From a virus (Duplodnaviria; Caudoviricetes), in IMG/VR virus record IMGVR_UViG_3300028888_000063, positions 1-64,000 of that record: DNA of 64,000 nucleotides, one strand, 5' to 3'. The position numbers were made by a program, and so were the translations under genes. Of the stretch, positions 8,356 through 17,761 are shown piece by piece. The notes under the pieces were generated by a model, which had not been told where the DNA came from, searched no databases, and was given only the letters and a program-made list of their open reading frames with translations. Numbering within the stretch: position 1 is the first letter of the stretch; every line of letters begins with the position of its first letter.

Positions 8356-9154
8356 AATTAGCAACTCCTTTTGTATTTGATAGGTATAGTATACCACAGG
8401 GAGCACTCCCTGTCAACCCCTTAGTGCATGAATAGTAATAAATATTCTTTTAACAATTAATTTATTAATAAATAAACAATAAATAATTATTATTATTTAT
8501 CTTTTATTTGTTTGTTGGTTTGGTTTGAGCCATTGGCTTGGCTCGATGGCCGGTCTTAGCCCTGACTTAGGGTAAAGAGATTGCCTTTATTTTGGTGCTA
8601 ATTTAGTAATTATTTTTATTTTATTTTTAACTTTTTTGTTACCGGTTTGAGATTTTAATTGAGAAAAAGTTCACAAAAAATTTCCTTGTAATGTCAGATA
8701 AAGACTTTAACAAATTTTTATTTTAACAAACCCACACTTGAAAATGTCTGTGTAAATTTTTGTTACAGATTTGTCATAATTATGAGAATAAGTGGATTGA
8801 GCTTTTTCGCGTTATTCCACTGTCATTTTTTCGTAACAGGTTGTAACTATTTGTAACTCGGCGCGCCTCGATTGGAAACGCGCCGAGGCATCAACTAAAT
8901 TAAATTCAGCTACTGGCTACCAACTTCCGAATTTAGAATTAAATTTTATTTAATTAAAATCAAATGTAATTTATTTTGTGGCCGGTAAGTTTTTACGCAG
9001 GAGATTTTACCAAGGCCCTGTACATCGAGAGTGTTTTGAAAATTTTTTGCCCAGGTACGTGACGTACTAATTACTAAACCCGGGGGTATATTTATGGGAA
9101 AAAATTTTTTATTTTTTTGAATTGAAATGCGCCACCGCATTTCTCCCTCCAAAA

Positions 9155-9204
9155 AATATTTTCAGATTAAAAAACGAAGAATATTTTCAGATTAAAAGAC
9201 GAAA
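9155..9204 (+). repeat. 25-bp tandem duplication AATATTTTCAGATTAAAA(A/G)ACGAA
   Basis: Copies start at 9155 and 9180. Confidence 0.75.
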
Positions 9205-9206
9205 AT

Positions 9207-9758
9207 TTATTCGTTGCAGACCCCATAAAAATCAGCCATACAACTCTTTGCTAGCCTTTCATACCCTTGATATTTCCAACCCATTTTCTTATAATAAAAC
9301 TCGCATCCATCTTCAAAAGCAGCTTCCGCCCAAAAAGGTACTTTTACATAAAAAAAGCCTAACGGCGCCTTTTCTTCAATCTGCTGACATAATCTCATAA
9401 CTCTAGTACAAAAAAGGGAAAAATCAACTAACCAAAATGGCAGCATTTTTTCATAAGAATATTCAATACAGTCCCAAAAGGCTCCGCTTTCATCTTCAGT
9501 ATCACCAAACACTGCATATTTACTGCGCGGGAACCCCTGCCGCAAACAAAGAAAACTGCGCGCGGGAGCTAGCCTAAAAAGACATTCAGTAATCAATCGC
9601 GCAAACTCAACTTTGTCTATCTCGCCCCCGCTCCAATCTTCTGGATACATAATCTCCGCGATCTCGCACCCTTCATTTGCAAGGATCTGCGCCCGCTCTT
9701 CAGGCTCTAAGCTTTCAATTACTTCTTTTGCAAAATCAATTATTTCATTCATTTTCAC
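9207..9758 (-). CDS. hypothetical protein
   Basis: 183-aa ORF overlapping the stop of the upstream ORF. Confidence 0.65.
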   Translation of the reverse strand: MKMNEIIDFAKEVIESLEPEERAQILANEGCEIAEIMYPEDWSGGEIDKVEFARLITECLFRLAPARSFLCLRQGFPRSKYAVFGDTEDESGAFWDCIEYSYEKMLPFWLVDFSLFCTRVMRLCQQIEEKAPLGFFYVKVPFWAEAAFEDGCEFYYKKMGWKYQGYERLAKSCMADFYGVCNE

Positions 9759-9912
9759 CCACTACCTCAAACATACAATTTTCACAATTTGGCTGTTCAC
9801 AGTAGTGGCCATCGCGCGGGCACAGCTGATTTTTTACTTGCGGCCGCTTAATTCTATATCTTCCATCTAATTTATCATGTCCTGGTTCATCAGGATTCAA
9901 ATATTTATTCAT
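9745..9912 (-). CDS. small Cys-rich protein (55 aa, not in ORF track)
   Basis: MNKYLNPDEPGH...CPRDGHYCEQPNCENC...; GGAGG RBS; overlaps both neighbours. Confidence 0.6.
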   Translation of the reverse strand: MNKYLNPDEPGHDKLDGRYRIKRPQVKNQLCPRDGHYCEQPNCENCMFEVVGENE

Positions 9913-10135
9913 CATAAACCTCCTCTACTTCCTCATAATCCTCACTTAAATCATAATTACTAACTATCAATGCGGCGGTCGCTTCCCCGGCCGCAGACCC
10001 GGTAACAGCAAAACTGGCCAACTCATAACCAGGCCAAAAACTTTCATGTTCTCGAATCATGAACAGCAAATCTTCTGGGTCGCCGCCCGCCAATTCAATA
10101 GTTAACTTAACTTTAATATCTTGCGGTATTTTCAT
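9905..10135 (-). CDS. hypothetical acidic protein
   Basis: 76-aa ORF, GAGGAGG RBS, promoter 10165-10193. Confidence 0.7.
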   Translation of the reverse strand: MKIPQDIKVKLTIELAGGDPEDLLFMIREHESFWPGYELASFAVTGSAAGEATAALIVSNYDLSEDYEEVEEVYDE

Positions 10136-10164
10136 CTATTGATACCTCCTCAATTATTATTTTT

Positions 10165-10228
10165 ATTATAACAAACTTTTTGTATTTTGTCAATAAAAGT
10201 TGACAAACGGAAAAATTTAGACTATAAT
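10165..10228. promoter_or_regulatory. divergent consensus promoter pair at the strand switch
   Basis: Minus: TTGACA(10188-93)-17-TATAAT(10165-70); plus: TTGACA(10200-05)-17-TATAAT(10223-28). Confidence 0.85.
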
Positions 10229-10253
10229 TAACTTTAGTGATAAGGAGGGTTGT

Positions 10254-11318
10254 ATGGACGACTTAAAATTAGATTATACAATACAAGATCCTCAAGAGCG
10301 GAATGAGCTAGTCAAAAAAATCGTTGACCAAACACCCGACGAAGAATTAACTCCAAAATTTTTAGAACATCTTGCGGATTATCTTATTTTTGCAATGGAT
10401 AAAGAAGAGCGGCGGCAGCGCCATATTCTTACAGACAATAGAATGGTGACTGTCAATAGGCGCGAAACCTCTTTTGAAGGATTAATTGCAAAATTTGAAA
10501 ATGGAGAAGATGGTATTTATGGTTTAATTACCGAAGATAAAAATATAATTTTTACACCAAAAATTTCTATTACTGATACAGATGTAGACACTGTTCCTGG
10601 GCTGCGGGAGCTGCGGGAGTCAATAGAACAATTAGAAGAAGCATTTAAAACTGCGGAAGGTAAGCAAAAATACCTTCTCAAACGGACAATTATAGAACAG
10701 CGCAAGCAACAATATATGCTTAAAAGCTCTTATTACCAACCAATTAATCCTACTAATATAACGCGCGGGATGCAAGAAGTGGCTCTGGATGAGGCTATAA
10801 CATTGGACGCGGATGGCGCCATTAGTATTAAAGGATTTTCTCTATTGAATCCAGATCATATTTCAGCAGTGCTATGTAATTATTCTAAAATTAAAGAAGA
10901 AGTTTGGGATAAATTTAATAGTGATGCGTATTATATGATTATCGACTTAGAACGGTTGGTTGATTCAGTATTAGAAAAAGACTACCCAATCTACTATGAT
11001 TTGGTTATATATAAAATAGATGGCAAAACAAATGATGAAATACAGCAATTACTATTTGAATCTTATGGAGTGAAATATTCGGCGGAGTATCTTAGCTCTT
11101 TATGGCGGAAAAAAATACCTAAAATTCTGGCGGAGGCCGCACAAAAAGATTGGCTTTATTGGCATTTTACTTTTGAAGTACGCGGCGGTTGGAAAAAATG
11201 TTCAAGATGTGGGCAGATTAAGCCAGCGCATAATTTCTTTTTTTCTAAAAATAGTACAAGTAAAGATCATTTCTATTCAATCTGTAAGTGTTGCAGAAAT
11301 AAAAAGAAGAAGGAGTGA
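10254..11318 (+). CDS. phage DNA-binding protein with C-terminal zinc finger
   Basis: CSRC...CKCC at C-terminus; possible HTH (KTNDEIQQLL...SAEYLSSLW); first gene of packaging operon. Confidence 0.65.
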   Translation: MDDLKLDYTIQDPQERNELVKKIVDQTPDEELTPKFLEHLADYLIFAMDKEERRQRHILTDNRMVTVNRRETSFEGLIAKFENGEDGIYGLITEDKNIIFTPKISITDTDVDTVPGLRELRESIEQLEEAFKTAEGKQKYLLKRTIIEQRKQQYMLKSSYYQPINPTNITRGMQEVALDEAITLDADGAISIKGFSLLNPDHISAVLCNYSKIKEEVWDKFNSDAYYMIIDLERLVDSVLEKDYPIYYDLVIYKIDGKTNDEIQQLLFESYGVKYSAEYLSSLWRKKIPKILAEAAQKDWLYWHFTFEVRGGWKKCSRCGQIKPAHNFFFSKNSTSKDHFYSICKCCRNKKKKE

Positions 11319-11322
11319 TTGA

Positions 11323-12558
11323 ATGTTAGGACAGTTACCTAATGAAAATGGGCAATGCTTTTGCGAAAAAGAAGGTAAGTGGGCGCGGGAAGTAAATTTT
11401 TATACCTATAAAGATGGTAGCAAAAGTAAAATGTGCAAATATTGTTTAACTATGCACATTGACAATTATGATGAGAAAACCTTTTTATGGTTATTACAAG
11501 AATTTGATGTTCCTTGGATTCCAGGTGAATGGAATAGCGTTAGAGATAAAGCCTTTGCAAAAGATCCTAAAAAAATGAATGGCACATCAGTATTTGGTAA
11601 ATATTTATCAAAGATGAAGTTAAAACAATGGAATCAATATGGATGGGCGGATACTGATAGATTAGCTAAATTAGAAGCTGAGAAAACGCGGGCGCGTGAT
11701 AATGATTATGAAGAATATCGAGTAAAAACTGAGGCGGAGCTTAAAGAAAAATTGGCGGCGGGTGAAATTTCTGAAGCGGAATACAAGACTTTGATGCCGA
11801 CTCCAATACAACATCAAGATCTAGTGGCCACCCCCACATCCTCCGCAGAGTTATATAGCGGCGCAAGTTTCCCCGAGGATAATTTTATTAAAGTAGATTT
11901 ACCTGATCCAACAGATCAGCTTACTGTTGAAGATAAAACATATCTTGTAATGAAATGGGGTAAGATGTACACTGCGGACGAACTTCTTGCTCTTGAACAA
12001 GATTATAATAAAATGATGGATTCATTCGATATTCAAGATGCTGATACTAAAAATGCTTTGATTATTATTTGTAAACTTACTCTTAAAACTAATCAAGCTC
12101 TTGATTCTGGCGATTATGATGGATTTACTAAATTAAGCAGAGAGTTAGGAAATCAACGTAAACTTGCTAATTTTGCGGCGTCTCAACGTAAAAAGGATCA
12201 GAAAGATGCAGATTTTGTTGATTCTATTGGCGAGATTGTTGCTTATTGCGAGCGGACGGGTGGAGAGATACCTAGATTAGAAATTAATGAACCTTTAGAT
12301 AAAGTGGATATTATTATCCAAGATTTGAAAGATTATAATAAAGCGTTAATATATCAAGACACTGCATTAGCACAACAAATTGAAGATTATCTGAAAAAGC
12401 GCGAAATTCTTGAGCAGCAAAAGAAAGATAGAGAAGCAGCAAAGGCTCAAGGATATGATGAATATCAAGTGACTGATGAAGATATAGCAGATTATGAAGA
12501 ACATGTGCGGCAGCTGCAGGAAGAAGACGCGGCGACCCAGGCTGAGGAGGATGAGTAA
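11323..12558 (+). CDS. packaging-associated protein, possible terminase small subunit
   Basis: N-terminal Cys motif (C.C...CKYC), helical body, directly upstream of TerL. Confidence 0.5.
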   Translation: MLGQLPNENGQCFCEKEGKWAREVNFYTYKDGSKSKMCKYCLTMHIDNYDEKTFLWLLQEFDVPWIPGEWNSVRDKAFAKDPKKMNGTSVFGKYLSKMKLKQWNQYGWADTDRLAKLEAEKTRARDNDYEEYRVKTEAELKEKLAAGEISEAEYKTLMPTPIQHQDLVATPTSSAELYSGASFPEDNFIKVDLPDPTDQLTVEDKTYLVMKWGKMYTADELLALEQDYNKMMDSFDIQDADTKNALIIICKLTLKTNQALDSGDYDGFTKLSRELGNQRKLANFAASQRKKDQKDADFVDSIGEIVAYCERTGGEIPRLEINEPLDKVDIIIQDLKDYNKALIYQDTALAQQIEDYLKKREILEQQKKDREAAKAQGYDEYQVTDEDIADYEEHVRQLQEEDAATQAEEDE

Positions 12559-12560
12559 GG

Positions 12561-14303
12561 ATGGCACTTGCTGAATTATTAGCCCTATCTCAAGATCGTA
12601 ATACTAAACAAGGGGTGTCCGAGGAAAGGCTTGCCGCACAAGTGCCAGCTTTACGAAAGCTGATTGCCTTTTGGCGTGAATACCCCGATTTATTTGTTGA
12701 TTATATAAAAGGCCCTAATTCTACATTTAAATTTTATTTTTACCAACGGATATTTTTAAGAGTAGTTATGCGGCATCGATATGTTTATGCTACTTTCCCT
12801 CGTGCATATTCTAAATCTTTTCTCAGTATGATGGCTTTAATGTTGCGGTGTATATTATTTCCTGGAGTTGAAATGTTTGTAACAACAGGCGGTAAGGAAC
12901 AGGCAGCTAGTATTACTGTAGCAAAAATTGAAGAGATTTGTCGGTTAATTCCAGTTCTTAGTCAAGAAATTATCTGGGCGCGCGGCGTTGGCAAAAAAAC
13001 TAAAGATGATGTAGAATATGTTTTTAAAAATAAGTCTAAAATTAATATTTTAGCAGCTAGGGAAAGTTCTAGAGGTCAGCGTCGTACAGGTGGAATAATG
13101 GAAGAGTGTGTTTTAATAGATGGGGATATACTCAATAACGTTATTATTCCTACAACTAACGTTGATAGATTGCTTCCTGATGGTTCGCGCCATCCAGAAG
13201 AAGTTGTAAATAAAAGCCAGGTATATATTACTACTGCAGGTTGGAAAAATAGTTTTGCTTTTGATAAGCTTATTGAGCTATTAGTTCAAAGTATTATTGA
13301 GCCAAATCAAACTATGGTAATGGGTGGAAGTTATGAGACTCCTGTTGCTGAAGGTCTGTTGAATGAAGATTTTGTTGACCAATTAAAGATTAGTGGTACT
13401 TTTAATGAGGAGTCTTTTGATCGAGAATATAGAAGTATTTGGAGCGGTGATGCTCAAAATGCGTTTTATTCAGCAGAAAAATTTGATAAATATCGTATTT
13501 TAAATGTTCCAGAATATGCGCCTACTGGTAGGAGTAATAAGAGTGCATATTATGTTTTGGGCGTTGACGTTGGTCGTATTGGGTGTAATACTGAAGTTTC
13601 TGTGTTTAAGGTTACGCCGCAGCCCAAGGGAGCCGCTCTTAAAAGTTTAGTTAATCTTTTTACTTATGTGGCAGAAGATTTTGAAATGCAAGCTATTAAT
13701 TTAAAACGGTTATTTTATAAATATAACGCGCGAATTATTGCAATCGACGCCAATGGTTTAGGTATTGGTTTAATTGACTTTATGACCAAAGCTCAAGTAG
13801 ATCCAGAGAATGGAGATATTTTACCTCCTTTTGGGGTTGCGGATGGTACAAATGAGGATATTAAAAATCAATATAGAAAGATTCGTGGAGACGTAATTGA
13901 ACATGATGCTATGTACTTAATTAAAGCAAATGCTCCAATTAACACAGAAATGTACACATACGCGCAGACTCAATTGTCAAGTGGGCGGATTCAGTTTTTA
14001 ATCGATGAAGCGACTGCAAAAACTAAATTAATGGCAACGAAAAAAGGTCAGAATATGACGCCGGAGCAACGTAATGATGAATTGAGACCGTTTGTTCTAA
14101 CAACAGCTCTGAAAGCTCAACTTTTGAATCTTGTACAGGAAAATGAAGGCGTGAACATAATTTTGAAGCAATGTAGTAGAGGAATTCCGAAAGATAAATT
14201 TTCTGCTTTTATTTATGGTCTTTATTGGATTAAGAAAGAAGAAGAACGGTTGAGGAATAGAAAAAATAAAGGCAATTTAAAAGACTTAATGTTATTTAAT
14301 TAA
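12561..14303 (+). CDS. terL: terminase large subunit
   Basis: YFYQ Q-motif, Walker A variant FPRAYSKS, Walker B GGIMEE, coupling motif ITTA, RNase H nuclease LGVDVG / IAIDANGLG / KDKFSA. Confidence 0.9.
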   Translation: MALAELLALSQDRNTKQGVSEERLAAQVPALRKLIAFWREYPDLFVDYIKGPNSTFKFYFYQRIFLRVVMRHRYVYATFPRAYSKSFLSMMALMLRCILFPGVEMFVTTGGKEQAASITVAKIEEICRLIPVLSQEIIWARGVGKKTKDDVEYVFKNKSKINILAARESSRGQRRTGGIMEECVLIDGDILNNVIIPTTNVDRLLPDGSRHPEEVVNKSQVYITTAGWKNSFAFDKLIELLVQSIIEPNQTMVMGGSYETPVAEGLLNEDFVDQLKISGTFNEESFDREYRSIWSGDAQNAFYSAEKFDKYRILNVPEYAPTGRSNKSAYYVLGVDVGRIGCNTEVSVFKVTPQPKGAALKSLVNLFTYVAEDFEMQAINLKRLFYKYNARIIAIDANGLGIGLIDFMTKAQVDPENGDILPPFGVADGTNEDIKNQYRKIRGDVIEHDAMYLIKANAPINTEMYTYAQTQLSSGRIQFLIDEATAKTKLMATKKGQNMTPEQRNDELRPFVLTTALKAQLLNLVQENEGVNIILKQCSRGIPKDKFSAFIYGLYWIKKEEERLRNRKNKGNLKDLMLFN

Positions 14304-14366
14304 AAAATTTTTAATACACTGGGCATTTTTTGGAAACTTCTTTATTGGGTTTTTAAAATATAAACA

Positions 14367-14744
14367 GTGAAGAAAGAAGGGTCAAAATTGAGAGCATCAA
14401 GAGGCGAAATAAAAATAGAAGACATACTACGTTCTGCGGGATTGGATTTTGTAGAAGAGTATTCTTTTGATGATTTAGTCAGTTCTACTGGACGCCCGCT
14501 ACGTTTTGACTTTTGTGTCTTTGATGATAATGGGGATATTGATTTTCTTATTGAATATCAAGGTATCCAACACTATGAACCTAAATCAAAATTTGGTGGG
14601 TATGATGGATTAAGGAAACAGCAGTTTAATGATATGAAGAAACGAGAATATTGTAAACAGCATGGCTATAAATTAATTGCAATCCCTTATGTTGATGAAG
14701 GTCGTATAGATTATGATTATATAATAAATCTTGCTTATAATTAA
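14367..14744 (+). CDS. Vsr/DUF559-like PD-(D/E)xK endonuclease
   Basis: LRFDF...LIEYQGIQHY...DMKKREYC pattern. Confidence 0.75.
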   Translation: MKKEGSKLRASRGEIKIEDILRSAGLDFVEEYSFDDLVSSTGRPLRFDFCVFDDNGDIDFLIEYQGIQHYEPKSKFGGYDGLRKQQFNDMKKREYCKQHGYKLIAIPYVDEGRIDYDYIINLAYN

Positions 14745-14746
14745 AT

Positions 14747-14775
14747 TTGACGAAGCGAAATTTTTGTGTTATAAT
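14747..14775 (+). promoter_or_regulatory. sigma70-type promoter of portal operon
   Basis: TTGACG-17-TATAAT. Confidence 0.75.
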
Positions 14776-14801
14776 AATCTAAGAATAAAAGAGGTGTTAT
14801 C

Positions 14802-16412
14802 TTGGTAAATAGAATGGAAGAAATCAAGCGCAAAGGTTTTACAATGCCTTTTGCGGATAGCACCCCTGATGTATTAGATCTGAAGCAGGTACATGATTTT
14901 TCTAAAATCAAAGTCGGAGCAAAAATTTTAGAAGATGCTGTTATCGACGTTGGTAATTATAAAAAAGTTAATCCTAGATTCGGTGATAAACTTACTGTAT
15001 TAAAAGCGATTAATCAATATGATCTTTCTCAATTAAGAGAAATATCAAATTTCTTTTATAAAACCAGCGGGATTTATAATAGACTGTGTAGATATATGGC
15101 ATACCTTTACCGGTATGATTGGTTTATTACTCCATATATTAATGGTGGTATTTTCCCAGAAGAAACTTTGAAACAAACTCAACAAGATAGTATTTTAAAA
15201 AACTTCTTCCAAATTTTAAAATATTTAGATGAGTTTGAAGCAAAAAGATTTTTTGGGGAAGTTGCTTTAAAGGTAGTTAAGAATGGAAGTTATTATGGAT
15301 ATATTATTCCTAAAGGAACTACTGTAGCAGTACAGGAGCTGCCTCCACAATATTGTAGATCTAGATTTCGTGTAAATAATAGACCTGCCGTTGAATTTAA
15401 TATGTCATTTTTTGATGCTTTATATCCCGATTCTGAAATGAGGGCAAAAGTTTTAAATTTATTCCCACCAGAATTTAAAAAAGGATATAAGGCATATAAA
15501 GATGGCAAATTAAAACCTTCTTTTTCAGGTGATACATCTGGTTGGTATCTATTAGATACTAGAAGTGTTATAAAATTTAATATCAATGGGGAAGACTTCC
15601 CGCCATTTATTTCAGTTATTCCTGCAATTATTGATTTAGATCAAGCGCAGGACTTAGACAGAAAGCGAATGGCGCAAAAATTATTAAGAGTTTTAATCCA
15701 GAAAATGCCAATCGATAAGAATGGTGATTTAGTTTTTGATATTGATGAAGCACAAACATTGCATAATAATGCAGTAAGGATGTTAAGCAAAGCGATTGGT
15801 ATTGATGTTCTTACTACTTTTGCGGATGTTGATGTAGCTGATATGTCAGATAAAAGTAATACTACACAAACTGATGATTTAATTCGAGTTGAACGTCAGA
15901 TTTATAATGAAGCTGGCGTTTCTCAAATGCAGTTTAATAGTGATAGTAATACTGCTCTTAATAATTCTATTTTGAATGATGAAGCTAGTATGTATAATTT
16001 AATACAACAGTTTGAATCATTCCTTAATCTTTTGATCGAACCCTATAATAAGTCACCTAAAAAGTGTTATTATAAGGCTCAGATATTAACTACTACAATT
16101 TACAATTACAAAGAGATGGCTAAGCTCTATAAAGAGCAAACCCAAATGGGTTATTCTAAGATGCTTCCGCAAATTGCATTGGGCCAGTCTCAAAGTTCGA
16201 TATTAGCAAATGCCTACTTTGAAAATGATGTCCTTGATCTCGTCAGTGTATTTGTTCCTCCACTTACATCAAATACTATGAACGCTGATGCATTAGCTCA
16301 AAGAAAAAGAGCAAAGCAAGGTACTCCCTCGGAGTCAGACGAGGTAGGGCGCCCAGAGAAAGAGGATAGTGAGAAATCAGATAAGACAATAGCTAATAGA
16401 GAATCAATGTAA
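14802..16412 (+). CDS. portal protein
   Basis: 536 aa after TerL; C-terminal GRP motif; SPbeta-like synteny. Confidence 0.8.
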   Translation: MVNRMEEIKRKGFTMPFADSTPDVLDLKQVHDFSKIKVGAKILEDAVIDVGNYKKVNPRFGDKLTVLKAINQYDLSQLREISNFFYKTSGIYNRLCRYMAYLYRYDWFITPYINGGIFPEETLKQTQQDSILKNFFQILKYLDEFEAKRFFGEVALKVVKNGSYYGYIIPKGTTVAVQELPPQYCRSRFRVNNRPAVEFNMSFFDALYPDSEMRAKVLNLFPPEFKKGYKAYKDGKLKPSFSGDTSGWYLLDTRSVIKFNINGEDFPPFISVIPAIIDLDQAQDLDRKRMAQKLLRVLIQKMPIDKNGDLVFDIDEAQTLHNNAVRMLSKAIGIDVLTTFADVDVADMSDKSNTTQTDDLIRVERQIYNEAGVSQMQFNSDSNTALNNSILNDEASMYNLIQQFESFLNLLIEPYNKSPKKCYYKAQILTTTIYNYKEMAKLYKEQTQMGYSKMLPQIALGQSQSSILANAYFENDVLDLVSVFVPPLTSNTMNADALAQRKRAKQGTPSESDEVGRPEKEDSEKSDKTIANRESM

Positions 16413-16427
16413 TAAGGGAGAAACAAA

Positions 16428-17753
16428 ATGAGTTTACCATATAAATCTGTTGCTACTATTGATTCTCCCGAATTTATAAACTTGCAGCCATTAGATATTA
16501 ATCCTTTAATGTCTAAATGTGAAATTAAAGTTTTTTATTTAGGGGAAAATAGAAATCAAAGTTTTATTTCTAAAGATGTTGCTTTAGAAATGGCGAAAAC
16601 TTTGCGTGGAGCGCCGATTGTAGGGTATTTTAAAGAAGATAAAGATGATTTCTTAGACCATGGAAATCAAATAATTATGGATGGCGATGGAATTCATTTT
16701 AATAATCTTACTAGACCTTATGGTTTTGTTGCTCCTAATGCAGAAGTTTGGTTTCAAAAATTTAAAGATACTGACGCTTTTGGTAATGAAATTGAGCGGG
16801 AGTATCTTATGACGACCGGCTATCTCTGGACTGGTCAATATGAAGAGGCCCAGCAAATCATTGATGAAGGGAAGCCGCAATCAATGGAATTAGATGAATC
16901 CACTTTAGATGGCCGCTGGGCAAGTAATTATAAGAATGGCATGGAATTTTTCATTATTAATGACGCAGTAATCTCAAAGCTTTGTATTTTAGGAGATTCT
17001 GTTGAGCCATGCTTTGAAGGAGCTTCAATTACAGCTCCTGCACAACAATATACTCTTGATGATGGATTCAAAAAGAGTTTATTTAAAATGATGAAAGAAT
17101 TAGAATTTGCATTGAAAGGAGACAACGTAGTGGAAGAAAATCAAGTAATTGATACCGAAATGACTCCTGAAGCTGAAGTTCAGTTTGAAGAAGAGAGTCA
17201 AATCGAAGAAGCTGGCGTAGTCGAAGATCAAGATCATATTGAAGATGCATCTAATTCAACTGATTTTGCTAAAGATGAAGATGAAGAGCAGCAAGAGCAA
17301 GAAGAAGAAGTTGACGCATCTGAAGATGAAGCAAATGATGATGAAAAAGAAAAGAATGTTCAGCATAGCCTTCATACTGATGAAGAGTATGCAGAACTCG
17401 AAAATAAATATCAGTTATTAAATGACCAGTATGAAGCTCTTCAGCAAGAAAATGAAGCTTTAACTAATTTTAAGAACAATGTTGAAGATCAACAAAAAGA
17501 TGAGTTAATTGCTAAATTCTATATGCTTTCTGATGAAGATAAAGCTGATGTCATTGCAAATAAACGTCAATATTCTTTAGAAGATATTGAAAGTAAATTA
17601 GCTGTTATTTGTTACCGCAAAAAGATTAATTTTGTGACAGATGCTTCTTCAAATCACGAAGAGGAAATTACTACATTTAATATGAGTGATTCTATGGATG
17701 ATTCAACCCCCGATTGGGTTAAAATGGTTGAAGAAAACCAGAAGAAATTATAA
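16428..17753 (+). CDS. prohead protease / scaffold fusion
   Basis: N-terminal protease-like domain (DH, QSMEL, LCILG..VEPCFEGA) plus highly acidic coiled-coil C-terminus. Confidence 0.75.
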   Translation: MSLPYKSVATIDSPEFINLQPLDINPLMSKCEIKVFYLGENRNQSFISKDVALEMAKTLRGAPIVGYFKEDKDDFLDHGNQIIMDGDGIHFNNLTRPYGFVAPNAEVWFQKFKDTDAFGNEIEREYLMTTGYLWTGQYEEAQQIIDEGKPQSMELDESTLDGRWASNYKNGMEFFIINDAVISKLCILGDSVEPCFEGASITAPAQQYTLDDGFKKSLFKMMKELEFALKGDNVVEENQVIDTEMTPEAEVQFEEESQIEEAGVVEDQDHIEDASNSTDFAKDEDEEQQEQEEEVDASEDEANDDEKEKNVQHSLHTDEEYAELENKYQLLNDQYEALQQENEALTNFKNNVEDQQKDELIAKFYMLSDEDKADVIANKRQYSLEDIESKLAVICYRKKINFVTDASSNHEEEITTFNMSDSMDDSTPDWVKMVEENQKKL

Positions 17754-17761
17754 TAGGAGGA

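Larger units (their letters stand above)
21..8416 (-). promoter_or_regulatory. Array of about 20 leftward sigma70/sigmaA consensus promoters
   Basis: -10/-35 pairs with 17-bp spacing on the minus strand (+ strand start positions): 121/144, 706/729, 1301/1324, 2319/2342, 2417/2440, 2899/2922, 3285/3308, 3492/3515, 4044/4067, 4879/4902, 5478/5501, 5609/5632, 6305/6328, 6903/6926, 7523/7546, 7742/7765, 7944/7967, 8388/8411. Mostly TTGACA and TATAAT/TATACT, many with an extended -10 TG. Confidence 0.9.

Noticed and set aside
8520-8590. tRNA-like element
   Set aside because: Hairpins are present but no cloverleaf, T-loop GTTC or acceptor stem could be identified
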